DNA of 43,830 nucleotides from a virus: IMG/VR virus record IMGVR_UViG_3300005817_000001; one strand, 5' to 3'. Shown piece by piece: positions 16,456 to 26,094 of this stretch (position 1 is its first letter; each line of letters starts with the position of its first letter). The notes under the pieces were generated by a model. It saw only the letters and a program-made list of their open reading frames with translations, ran no database searches and was not told where the DNA came from. The position numbers and the translations under genes were made by a program.

Positions 16456-17676
16456 ATGCCCTCTATTGAAGATATGATTGCGGACAAGGTAGTAGAAAAG
16501 CTTAAGCCTCTGCTTGAGGCTATCAAAGAAGGGAACACTCCTCAGCCTATACCAGAACCAACTCCTACGCCGACTCCAGAGGAAGGCAACCTCCCACTAT
16601 TCGGAATGAATATCTCAGGGCTAGGTAATAACCCATGGCTACCAGCTATTAATGGCCTAGGTAATACTAACAGCCCAACTCACCATAGGCAGCCTGAGGA
16701 GAAGGCTCTCCTTAATTATGTTAAGGCTGCTAAAGGAAACCCATGGATTGCTAGACTCCCAATCGCAATGGAATACTTTATTACTGGCAATGGACAAGCC
16801 CTATTCCCCGGAGCAGTTAAACAGTTACGCGATGCAATGGATTTAATGCACAAGCATAATGGCAAAGTTATTATAGACCTTCATAACTATTTCAGATTCT
16901 GGAAGAAAGTTTCTAGCCCACTCCCTAATCGCAGTGTTAAAACTCACAACGATCATCTAGCAAAAGGTACAGCTAGCTGGACTATCATTGGAGAATCAGA
17001 TAGTCCTATCAGTGTAGCAGGACTAGCTAACTTCTGGCAGCGCATGGCTATGGAGTTTAAAGATCATCCTGCCTTACTTGCATATGGCCTAATGAATGAG
17101 CCACATAATAATGGACTGGAAGGAGTAGACATTCACGCTAAGTGGCCAGCCGCAGCTCAAGCCTGTATAGATGCAATACGCCGAGTAGATAATAAAGCCT
17201 ACATTACTGTAGCTCTGAACTTCTGGTCTAGTGCCAAGGTAGCGCGCACTTATAGTATGGAAGTGTTTAAGGTTAAGGACCCAGCAGATAAACTACTGTT
17301 CGAAGCTCATCAGTACTTTGACAATCAAGGCAATGGTGGAGGTCAATGGAAGAATGCAGCCGATCCTGTTAGCGCAGATCGTGGAGTAATGGACTGGGCA
17401 GACTACTTTAAGATACTGGAGGATAATAATCTCAGAGGATTTGCCGGAGAATTTGGTGGTCCGCATACAGCAGGGCAATTGATAGATGCACTAGGTAACC
17501 TGTATGACGAATTCGAAAAGCGTAGAATCCCATCTACCCAGTGGCTATCTGGCGTAGGCTTTAGTGATAGCTATCCTAATGGAATGAATACTCAAGATGG
17601 AACTCTTAAACCAAACGCTGGCCAGCTTATTAAGCGGATTGGTAAAACAGTAAGTAGCTATGGGCCGAGGAGATAA
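16456..17676 (+). CDS. Glycoside hydrolase family 5 (cellulase-superfamily) enzyme with an N-terminal helix and a Pro/Thr linker
   Basis: IDLHNY; acid/base GLMNEPH; HQYFD; nucleophile FAGEFGG; late W (STQWLSG). Start set to the ATG at 16456, 8 nt after AGGAG. The linker is PQPIPEPTPTPTPEEG. Confidence 0.85.
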   Translation: MPSIEDMIADKVVEKLKPLLEAIKEGNTPQPIPEPTPTPTPEEGNLPLFGMNISGLGNNPWLPAINGLGNTNSPTHHRQPEEKALLNYVKAAKGNPWIARLPIAMEYFITGNGQALFPGAVKQLRDAMDLMHKHNGKVIIDLHNYFRFWKKVSSPLPNRSVKTHNDHLAKGTASWTIIGESDSPISVAGLANFWQRMAMEFKDHPALLAYGLMNEPHNNGLEGVDIHAKWPAAAQACIDAIRRVDNKAYITVALNFWSSAKVARTYSMEVFKVKDPADKLLFEAHQYFDNQGNGGGQWKNAADPVSADRGVMDWADYFKILEDNNLRGFAGEFGGPHTAGQLIDALGNLYDEFEKRRIPSTQWLSGVGFSDSYPNGMNTQDGTLKPNAGQLIKRIGKTVSSYGPRR

Positions 17677-17690
17677 AGAGCGGCGTATGT

Positions 17691-17735
17691 AAAAAAGCCC
17701 CCACTAGCTCAAGGCCGGTGGGGGCTTTTCTTTAT
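17691..17735. terminator. Bidirectional Rho-independent terminator where the two arms converge
   Basis: AAAAAA-GCCCCCAC (17697-17704), 13-nt loop, GTGGGGGC (17718-17725)-TTTTCTTT. There is a U-tract on both strands. Confidence 0.9.
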
Positions 17736-17749
17736 CTACTACTTGGTTG

Positions 17750-17897
17750 GCTCCACTAGTCTCCCCGAATCTTCCTTGTTCGCTGGATCCTACTACGCTT
17801 TCCACAAGCCCTGTCCGCCACCGCTGCACGGTGTCGTACTAGGACAGTGTATACGCTGCGTGCCAGCTAGAACAAGAAGATTAGTTGAGCCGTTCCC
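17750..17897 (-). ncRNA. Structured element, copy B (twin of 8528-8670), in the 3' UTR of the late operon
   Basis: On the - strand, AATCTTCTTGTTC (17882-17870) pairs with GAACAAGGAAGATT (17781-17768) and GCTGG pairs with CCAGC. The apical part has CTGTCC...GGACAG enclosing CACCG-tgcag-CGGTG. It lies between the stop at 17901 and the terminator. Confidence 0.6.
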
Positions 17898-17900
17898 GCT

Positions 17901-20900
17901 TTAGTCTAAGTCATCAATCATCAACATAAGCGGGCTATCTCCTAGTCTTCCATGTAGATCAATCAACCTTTCATTAGAGTTCTCCATGAACGCTTGGTTA
18001 ACTGCTTGTCTAAATCCTTGTGGACTACCAGTGCGAAGATATTCATTAGCTAAGCTATCTAGCAGATCATCATCTACAGTGTCATTACGAATAGCTGTCC
18101 TAAGGCTTTTCAATACTGCATTACGGTTCTCACTGTTGGCCGATTTGTATACTGAATCAAGGTGGATAGCTTCCCTTACTTTAGCTTCTGCCAGAGTACG
18201 GGTACTGAATACCCTAGCTACTACGCCTTGCCAACTCCAGACTTCTTCAGGTCCTGCAATCTGATTGCCTGCTCTAGTAACAGAGTAGCCAGAAGCCAAT
18301 TCGCTAATCCGTGCTATTGGACGACTAACAGACTGCATACTCAAGGCTTCCATGAATGCCTGTCCAGAATTCACATCCGCTTGTAGCATACTCTTCCCAA
18401 CATCTACCATACTTTGAAGTGCCTGCCCGATCATGGAAGGAGCCACCATCGTTTCAAAGCCCGTCGGGATGCGCGGTGTGACGTCCCCTCGCGTGTGTAC
18501 AGCGGGCGCAAGGTTAGAGGGCATACCATAGATCAGTACGTTAGCGAGCGGGTCAGGGAGGCCCCTATACGTGCCTCTCACAAGGTCCATATTCTCGTCG
18601 CTGAAGTTCTCGCCTATTGCCAAGCTAACCTGCTGGAACCCTGGCAAACTACCTGCACCAAAGATTCCTGCCTGCGCTAGCATAGTCTGACCTAGACCTT
18701 TATAATCCTTGAGGTCCAGATGACGGTACATGTTCTGCGCATAGGTAAGCATGTAAGTCTGGAACAAGCCCATTGCTGCACCGAACGTACCTTGGAACAT
18801 CATAGGCCGCTGACTGGTTGAGTAGTTACCAATAGTCTGCTTTAGGAAGTCACGAGCAAAGATAGTAATCTGCCGGTCAGTAGCTGCATTACCATAGATG
18901 CGACGAGCTAATTCTACTCCAGTCATCAGAGTAGTCTTACGCACCAGATGCTCAGCCATCTCACTAGGCTTACTCATTATTTCTACAAACTTACTATCGA
19001 TAGCCTTCTCTAGTCCACCAACAATACCGCCAGTACCAAAGCGCGCCTGCTTAATTACTGCATCCACTTCACTGATAGTGCTATCCAGTAGGCCCTCTTC
19101 TTGGAAGTACTTGAGGAACTTAGTGTTCTCAGGCAACTGACTGTTAACCCTGCGTACGCCATTCATCATAATACTTAGTGGGCTTGCAGCTAGTAGCTGA
19201 TCTGCTCCTTCAATTTGAGCGGCTTTAAAAGCTCGGTTAATAGTAGATACCTGCAGGATAGGCAGCGACATCATGTTCACTAGCGGCTGGGCAAGCTCCA
19301 TAAACTTCAGAGCCATAGTAGCTGCAATAGCGTTACTGCCATTAACCAGTCGATCAGGAGTTACGGTGTATCCACTGTCCTTAGCACGCTGATAGATGAG
19401 AGGTCTAGCTGCATCATTGAAGACCTTAAACGGATCATCAATACCTTGAGCTGCTAAGGCTGCATTAAACTTCTCATAGTCTACGTTCTGATTCTTGAAG
19501 CTAGGACGTACAGCTTCGAAGGCTTTCTGGAATCCACTAATACCAAAGTGAATAGCTCCACTAGCAAACTTATTGATGTAGCCCATAAGCTCTTGACTGC
19601 CAGCCTGGCTATTGCCAGTTAGGATTGCCTTGATATCCTTAGCAGTATCCTTAGTTTGAATCTGCTTAACAGCACTCATGAAGCCTTGCTTACTTTGCTT
19701 AGCAGTAAGGTTAGTGTTATAGGCAGACAGTTGATCCAGCTTAGAGGTAACATCGAACAGGGCATTCTCTACGAAGCTAGTAGCCTGGTAGTTGAGGCGG
19801 TCCTTAAAGCCGTTGATAATATCTGCTAGGCGATCAGAGCTAATATCAGGAGCTGCCAGACCAATACCCTGTTTAAGCTGAGCTACATCTGCACGGCCTA
19901 CATCATCCAGTAGATCACCATGTACACTGAGCTTCATCTGATCCACTTGAGCTGGAGTAAGAAGACTCTCATTAGCCTGCAGCTTATAGTTGGCCATCAG
20001 ACTTTCCAAGTCTTTCTGATCTTTACCTACAATAAGCTTAATGCTAGAAGTATCTCGATTGAGAATGAAGGCTCGATTAGTATTGACTAGGTTAGTAGAT
20101 GGAATCCAGAAGCCAATGTCTGCTGGTTGCTGTACTCCTTTTACCTTGTTCAGTGTAGCTTGCATCTCCCATACTTCATCACCAGCCCGTTGCAGTTCTT
20201 CAAATGCTAGACGTACTGCTTGATTCTGAACTACCTTACCCTCGAATGCAGGTACTCCATCTACTGCAATCTTAATTACATTGCCTGCTTCATCTACTTC
20301 ATTCTTGACGAAAGACTTAAGGCCTCGATCCCATACAGTATTAGGCGCTGCAGTAACCCAAGTACCCTGGGCTGAGTCAAATCGTAGCAAGCCTTTAGTA
20401 GACTGGCGTAGGTTATCAAAGATAGCAAACTCAGTACGCATTACATCATTAGCTTGAATCTGCCTCAGATGCGTAGAGACTGGAGTCATCATCTCTTCAA
20501 ACAGTTTGTTAACGGAGTGTACTCGTTCATCACCAAGTGTAGTAACTAGCCGCCCAACTTGACCCATACGACTAGTAACAAAGTCAGCAGAAGAGTATAG
20601 GGGATTACCACCCTTGCCATTAACAAATTCCTTCATCCCTTCCCGTAGGATATTGATCTCATCCCGAGCTACCACGCGATTATACAGTGTACGAGCTAGA
20701 GCTGACTTGCTAGCCATTACTGCCGTCTCTACCCACTGCTGATTGATATCACTATACTGCTTATCAATCATCGCTACCTTGGCTGCAATAAGCTGTTGAC
20801 CCTCTCCATTGCTAGAGTTAAGCATTTGCTTCTCAAGGGCATTAAGATTAGCTGCACCTAGGATTGAGTCTCGTTGCTTAGTGAGCAGTTCACCAGTAAC

Positions 20901-23582
20901 TCCCATGATCTTCATTGGGTCTGCAGTTACTTTAAGTGTACGACGGGTAGGAGCAAAGGCCTCGCTAATCTGAGTAGGACTATTCCAGCGGTCGAACTTA
21001 TCAGTGAACTGATCCTTGAACTGATTCTTAAGCATCTTGTATTTATCCACCAGATTGTCTGGCGAGCCACTAGCTAGAAACTCCATAGCCTCATGGCTTA
21101 CGTTATACTTAAGAGCCAGCAGTTCTTTAGGCTGTCCATTACGAATGCCTTCTTCGATACCTTGTAGCTTAGCTATATGCAGTTGATCTTTCAGGCTAGT
21201 AGTGGAGTGTTGGGTAAACTTAGGTGCATTGAATCCAGTAGATTTAGCAGCGGTCCTAGGCTGAGCTACCTTACTCAGGTCAGTCCCCTTGACATAGTCG
21301 CGAGTACTAGCCCCTACCAGCCATTCCCTTTCTCCATTGTATAGATAGCCTACAATATCATCAGTATGGATCTTGTAAGTACCTACTGTACCTTGGGGTC
21401 CAGCAAAGCCATGAGCTACTTGATCATTGTGAGTGTACGAGGATACCGAAGTATCTCCAGATGGGGCGGTCTTAGTACCGCGTAGCATATAGACATTGCC
21501 CTTACCATCTGCGTGCTGCTTAAGCATTTCCCGCTGACGTTTAATAACAGGGCTGTTGATAATCTCTGTCAGCTCATTGTGGAAGGGAGTGATACTATCC
21601 ATACCTGCGCGCAGAGTACGAGCAGAGGCCATAGCATTACGGAACAATTCCTTATCTGCGTGCGCTCCACCAATCCAGCGTACTAGCATAAGGACAGACT
21701 CAGGGCTAAGTCCAGCATCCTCATCTATATAGCGGCTCAATAAGCTGGCCCTATCAGGATGATTAGCCCATTCGCGACTAAGTTCTTCTAATCTAGCAGT
21801 AGGTACTTGATAGAGGAAGTCAGGGCCACCACTAGTCTTAGTATGAGATTTCACATAGTCGTAGAAATCTCTGGAGATACTAGAAGCAGTACCAAAATCC
21901 AGATCATCATTCAGTAGTGGCTTGATAGCTCCGCGTTGAATATCCTTCTGAAGGTCAGTGAAAAGAGTAGGCTTAATAGCATCCAGAGGATCAATGGAGA
22001 ACTCAGGAATCTTATCTACTTCTTCCAGGTTAACTAGCTGTACTCGATCACCTTCGAATACTTTAATCTGAGCAGACTCTAGTTTAACCAGCTCATCAGA
22101 GATTTTGGAAATGGCTTCTGGTTCAGTGGCTGCACTAAGGCTAGCAGTCAGATCAGCTTTACGTGCTTCTACTGCACTCACCCATCCATTGATAGAAGTC
22201 AGGTCATCTGCCAGCAGTTCAGCTTTAACTAGGTCATCCGTACCTTTGCTGGAGTAGAACTTAATGCGCGCAAGGTAGTCTGCTTCCAGCTCCCCGCCAC
22301 TAGCGAACTGCAACTTCTCTTTGAAGTCACTCTGTACTTGCTTAAGAGAAAACTTCTTAGCGCGTTGTGCAATACCTTGAGGGGTAGTAAGATCAGCGGC
22401 AGTAGCTACTAGGTCAGCAGACTTCTTATCTACGAAGGCCCCTAGTTCCTGACTAAAGAAGTTATCACGAATGAATACTTCAGTATTCTCCCCAGTAGCC
22501 AGATCAATATCTTCCCGCTTGAAGATAGCATTAGACATGCGCTGTAGAGGATTGAGCTTAGGAGCCTGCAGGTTAGCCTTGGCAGCGGCATTAGTAGTAG
22601 GCGCATAGAAGCTCATCTTTTCTGCACCAAGGAATCGAACATCGTGCATCAGTCCGATGATTTGATTCTTCTGATCTTGGTCAGTAATACCTTTAAGGAT
22701 ATCCTCAGAGATGGTGCCTTCCCTGATCTTACCCATAGTAGCCCGCATAGTGCCAGCCATACTGACTGCCATCTCTTTTGCCAGTGGGCTTAGAGTATCC
22801 TTGTTGGAGATATTATCCAGGTTCTTAGCAGCCAGTTCCAACTGAGTAAGAGCTGAGGCAGTATCAGAGAACGGGGTAGCGTACTGACGAGCGGCTTCAA
22901 ATACTACGCCAGCTTCCTGACTCTGTACCTTACCAGCTACGTTGAGCATCTCACTACGAGACAGAAGTCCAGTAATAGCTCCGCCTGCTACGCCACCAAT
23001 AGCCAGACTAAGGCCAAAGTTCTTTACTGGGTCCTCCAGATAGTCTTCCATGAAAGGGTGCGCATTGAACGTACCCATAATAGCTACCTCAGCAGCTACT
23101 GTGTCCATGGCATTCTCTGCTTGCCCACGCAGAAACATATCCCGCTTGATCTTACGATACTCAGCAGTGCCAGTCTTAGCATCCTTAATAAGACCTTCGA
23201 ACTTCAGAAGGTCATCCTTATGGCGTACTGGAGAGAGGAAGCTAGTACCCTTCATGCCAGCTCGTACAGCACGGCTCAGTTTGAGGGCGGCCCCTCCAGG
23301 AATGAAGACTCCACCTACGAAAGAGATAAGGTCTACTGTATCCCGGTTATTATCGTAAGCACTAACAGCTCCATCAGCTCCCATAGACTGTAGAACAGAG
23401 CGCGTAGACACGTCATCATATGCGCCAAAGGTAGCCAAATTAGCTACCGAGTTCCACATAGTTACGCCCACGTCTACTACCGCAGCCCCTACAGTATCTA
23501 CAGTCTGATCTACTAGGCCCTTATCACTCCACTGGTCAGAGCTGAGTGCGCTGATACTGTTCAAATCCCCTAGCGTAATCAT
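17901..23582 (-). CDS. Giant internal virion / ejection protein (1893 aa; T7 gp16-position analogue) with an embedded ART-like motif set
   Basis: Last and largest gene of the tail/ejection block; AAGGAG RBS. The R701 / S712-x-S714 / E751-x-E753 pattern is described in findings. Confidence 0.65.
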   Translation of the reverse strand: MITLGDLNSISALSSDQWSDKGLVDQTVDTVGAAVVDVGVTMWNSVANLATFGAYDDVSTRSVLQSMGADGAVSAYDNNRDTVDLISFVGGVFIPGGAALKLSRAVRAGMKGTSFLSPVRHKDDLLKFEGLIKDAKTGTAEYRKIKRDMFLRGQAENAMDTVAAEVAIMGTFNAHPFMEDYLEDPVKNFGLSLAIGGVAGGAITGLLSRSEMLNVAGKVQSQEAGVVFEAARQYATPFSDTASALTQLELAAKNLDNISNKDTLSPLAKEMAVSMAGTMRATMGKIREGTISEDILKGITDQDQKNQIIGLMHDVRFLGAEKMSFYAPTTNAAAKANLQAPKLNPLQRMSNAIFKREDIDLATGENTEVFIRDNFFSQELGAFVDKKSADLVATAADLTTPQGIAQRAKKFSLKQVQSDFKEKLQFASGGELEADYLARIKFYSSKGTDDLVKAELLADDLTSINGWVSAVEARKADLTASLSAATEPEAISKISDELVKLESAQIKVFEGDRVQLVNLEEVDKIPEFSIDPLDAIKPTLFTDLQKDIQRGAIKPLLNDDLDFGTASSISRDFYDYVKSHTKTSGGPDFLYQVPTARLEELSREWANHPDRASLLSRYIDEDAGLSPESVLMLVRWIGGAHADKELFRNAMASARTLRAGMDSITPFHNELTEIINSPVIKRQREMLKQHADGKGNVYMLRGTKTAPSGDTSVSSYTHNDQVAHGFAGPQGTVGTYKIHTDDIVGYLYNGEREWLVGASTRDYVKGTDLSKVAQPRTAAKSTGFNAPKFTQHSTTSLKDQLHIAKLQGIEEGIRNGQPKELLALKYNVSHEAMEFLASGSPDNLVDKYKMLKNQFKDQFTDKFDRWNSPTQISEAFAPTRRTLKVTADPMKIMGVTGELLTKQRDSILGAANLNALEKQMLNSSNGEGQQLIAAKVAMIDKQYSDINQQWVETAVMASKSALARTLYNRVVARDEINILREGMKEFVNGKGGNPLYSSADFVTSRMGQVGRLVTTLGDERVHSVNKLFEEMMTPVSTHLRQIQANDVMRTEFAIFDNLRQSTKGLLRFDSAQGTWVTAAPNTVWDRGLKSFVKNEVDEAGNVIKIAVDGVPAFEGKVVQNQAVRLAFEELQRAGDEVWEMQATLNKVKGVQQPADIGFWIPSTNLVNTNRAFILNRDTSSIKLIVGKDQKDLESLMANYKLQANESLLTPAQVDQMKLSVHGDLLDDVGRADVAQLKQGIGLAAPDISSDRLADIINGFKDRLNYQATSFVENALFDVTSKLDQLSAYNTNLTAKQSKQGFMSAVKQIQTKDTAKDIKAILTGNSQAGSQELMGYINKFASGAIHFGISGFQKAFEAVRPSFKNQNVDYEKFNAALAAQGIDDPFKVFNDAARPLIYQRAKDSGYTVTPDRLVNGSNAIAATMALKFMELAQPLVNMMSLPILQVSTINRAFKAAQIEGADQLLAASPLSIMMNGVRRVNSQLPENTKFLKYFQEEGLLDSTISEVDAVIKQARFGTGGIVGGLEKAIDSKFVEIMSKPSEMAEHLVRKTTLMTGVELARRIYGNAATDRQITIFARDFLKQTIGNYSTSQRPMMFQGTFGAAMGLFQTYMLTYAQNMYRHLDLKDYKGLGQTMLAQAGIFGAGSLPGFQQVSLAIGENFSDENMDLVRGTYRGLPDPLANVLIYGMPSNLAPAVHTRGDVTPRIPTGFETMVAPSMIGQALQSMVDVGKSMLQADVNSGQAFMEALSMQSVSRPIARISELASGYSVTRAGNQIAGPEEVWSWQGVVARVFSTRTLAEAKVREAIHLDSVYKSANSENRNAVLKSLRTAIRNDTVDDDLLDSLANEYLRTGSPQGFRQAVNQAFMENSNERLIDLHGRLGDSPLMLMIDDLD

Positions 23583-23594
23583 ATAGTGTGCTCC

Positions 23595-25166
23595 TTACAG
23601 CGGGCGTTGAGGGGTCAAGAAGGATTGGGCTGCTCGACCGAATTGGGTTTGACGGGCTTTAGACACTACCAAAGACTGTACATATTGCTCAGTCATGGCT
23701 GGATTGGAGAAACGCATTGGCGCACCAAAGAAGTTATTACCTTCCAAAGACCCAGACTGACTATTGATATATTCGGTCATAGCCTTGATCTTAGTAGACC
23801 GATCACCGCCAGTCCAGTCCATACGGTTAATGATCGTGTCCAGATTAAAGGATTCTCCAGTACTCTGAAGATCGCCAATGATAGTAGGTACTTCGTTAAG
23901 TGCTGGATTCTGAGGAGCTTGCCATTCAGCTACCTTACTAACAAAAGCTGTAGTCCGATCTGCTTGAATGACCTCCAATACGTATTGTACTTTACGTGCC
24001 TGAATGGCAGCCTTAGCTTCTTCCTTAGCCTTAGGGCTACTTAAGTTATCCAAAGTAGATATGGAGAATTCCTCTTTACGAGCTGCTACGACGTCCGCAT
24101 ACTCAGTATCGAAATTCTTAACTCTGTGGAGCAGCTGCTCTACCATCTCTGGTCGGCCTAGCTTAGAGCCTAGTACACGCTTAGCCTGAGTACTAGTTAC
24201 GCCATCGCCAAAGGCTGCTACGTTTACCAGCTCAGTAGGAGCCGCCATACCAATCTGCTGCGCTCGGTTTAGTACGGTATTACCAGATACTAGCCCCTCT
24301 GCAATCTTGAGCCTAGTAGTCTCACTACTGATATCAGCACCCATGGCTAGGGCAGTAGCTTCAATCTGCTCTGGTGGAATTAGGTCCAAGCCTACTGTTT
24401 GCTTGGTATCCTGCAGATCACGGTACTTAGAAGCTACGAAAGAATCCAGAGTCTTGAGCTTAGACTGCAAGCCTACAATCTCAGGGTCACGGGATAGCCG
24501 CTTCTGTACTTCAGCATCTACTTGAGCTTGCTTCTGATTGAGTACACTGATGAGGCCAAGAGTCTCTTGAGATGGCCCCTGATTTACTCCACCGTAATAG
24601 GTGTTGTAGTGATCCTTATCCAGTGCATTACTAGTTTCCAGCTCAGTACGAAGAGAGGTGACTCCAAGAGACTGCTCTAATTGATTACGTACAGAGGCCT
24701 CTTTGCTATTGATATACTCAGCAGCTGAAGACTGTAGTGAGGCATAGGTATTCATAGCTTCTACAGGATCAGCCATCCCTTGAATAGCAGTAAACTGTTG
24801 ATCGAAATTCTCGATAGCTACCCCAGTCTTACCGCCTTGAGCTTTCAGTCCTGCGTCAGTACGAGGACGGGAGTTAGATGGATAGTCATAAGTAACATCC
24901 GCCCCAGGAATATTGGTAAAGGACAGCTCCCCATATTGTCCAATACTAGCACGAATACCGGGATTAAGAGCTTGTGCAGCAGCCGCTCTTTGTTCCTTAG
25001 GAGCCATTGGATTAGCTAGTAAATCTTGGAGGGCAAATACGCCCTCCGAAGTACCGGCTACTGGCTTCATGTTATTAGCGAGGATATCAATCTCCTTCTG
25101 TTTACGGAGTTGTTCCTCTGAATTCGCTACGAGATTCATTAGATCGTTGTCGTAGTTAGTAGCCAT
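23595..25166 (-). CDS. Internal virion protein (523 aa; gp15-position analogue)
   Basis: Position between the smaller and the giant internal proteins; Q/A-rich and helical; AAGGA RBS. Confidence 0.5.
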   Translation of the reverse strand: MATNYDNDLMNLVANSEEQLRKQKEIDILANNMKPVAGTSEGVFALQDLLANPMAPKEQRAAAAQALNPGIRASIGQYGELSFTNIPGADVTYDYPSNSRPRTDAGLKAQGGKTGVAIENFDQQFTAIQGMADPVEAMNTYASLQSSAAEYINSKEASVRNQLEQSLGVTSLRTELETSNALDKDHYNTYYGGVNQGPSQETLGLISVLNQKQAQVDAEVQKRLSRDPEIVGLQSKLKTLDSFVASKYRDLQDTKQTVGLDLIPPEQIEATALAMGADISSETTRLKIAEGLVSGNTVLNRAQQIGMAAPTELVNVAAFGDGVTSTQAKRVLGSKLGRPEMVEQLLHRVKNFDTEYADVVAARKEEFSISTLDNLSSPKAKEEAKAAIQARKVQYVLEVIQADRTTAFVSKVAEWQAPQNPALNEVPTIIGDLQSTGESFNLDTIINRMDWTGGDRSTKIKAMTEYINSQSGSLEGNNFFGAPMRFSNPAMTEQYVQSLVVSKARQTQFGRAAQSFLTPQRPL

Positions 25167-25180
25167 CTTTACATCCTTAA

Positions 25181-26092
25181 TTAGAACTGTGAATAAGACT
25201 TACCAGTTCCGCCTACAGCTTGCGAACCTGGCATTGCTGTTACTCGAGGACTACCCAAGAGGCCATAACCAGTCTCGGTAGTGGACTTCTTCTTAGCCGT
25301 AATAGGCTCAGTGGTAGTAGTCTGATTACCTGTTTGAGTACTAGTAGTGGCCTGAGAAGAGTTAGTAGTTTGGTTACTAGTAGTATTGCTAGTCTGGCTA
25401 GAGGATGAGTTAGACTTCGTATTCTCATAGGCCCCTTTAGCAATACCCAAGGCTTCCAGCAAAGCGTTAGTAGCTTCACTGCCCTGACCCAGCAGGCTTT
25501 CAATTACATTGCTTTGGCCAGTTTGAATCTGACCGTAATTGATTGCAGCCTGTAGACCCAACTGCGCTGCTTGTCCTGCTGCATCTTCTGCCATCTGTTG
25601 AGTAAGGAGCGCACTAAGCGCCCCACCACTAGTACCGGCAGCATCAATACCGGCAGTGATAGTAGGCATAGACTGGCGTAGAGCTTGGGACAGTGTAGCG
25701 TTCATAGCTCCTTGAGCATCCGCAAAGGCACTCTCTTTACTGTAGTCTGCTCGAATGCCTTGGTTAGTAGCAATCTCTTCAAGCCGAATACGATCTAACT
25801 CATTGGCCTTAGTAGCAGTAGCATTGCTGCCACTTCCACGATTGCCCCAGATATTAAAACGATTGCCCCCTTCTACACCAGATAGCCCTTGGATTAGGCT
25901 ATTCAGTGCAGCTCGCGCAGTGGGATCAAGGTAATCCGAAATCTTACTAAGAGATTCATTAGCATTAGTAGTGGTGCGGGATGATCCAGTGGTAGTACTA
26001 GAGCCAGTAGTAAGAGACGTACCAGCCTGCGAGTTAGTTTGGTTTACTGAATTGCCCCCTAGAGTAGGGGGATTGTTTCTACTTACGGCCAT
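25181..26092 (-). CDS. Internal virion protein (303 aa; gp14-position analogue) with S/T-rich low-complexity termini
   Basis: Position directly after the tail tube-like gene; AGGAG RBS; both termini are S/T/N/G-rich. Confidence 0.45.
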   Translation of the reverse strand: MAVSRNNPPTLGGNSVNQTNSQAGTSLTTGSSTTTGSSRTTTNANESLSKISDYLDPTARAALNSLIQGLSGVEGGNRFNIWGNRGSGSNATATKANELDRIRLEEIATNQGIRADYSKESAFADAQGAMNATLSQALRQSMPTITAGIDAAGTSGGALSALLTQQMAEDAAGQAAQLGLQAAINYGQIQTGQSNVIESLLGQGSEATNALLEALGIAKGAYENTKSNSSSSQTSNTTSNQTTNSSQATTSTQTGNQTTTTEPITAKKKSTTETGYGLLGSPRVTAMPGSQAVGGTGKSYSQF

Positions 26093-26094
26093 AA

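Noticed and set aside
23586-24044. Track ORFs antisense to or out of frame with long genes (for example 23586-24044 +, 34060-34707 +, 35410-36048 +, 42691-43377 -, 9240-9566 -, and 18-23 kb + strand ORFs)
   Set aside because: They are shadow ORFs inside well-supported genes. They have odd composition (Ser/Leu/Arg/Cys-rich), no RBS, and would break the strict co-directional packing of each arm.
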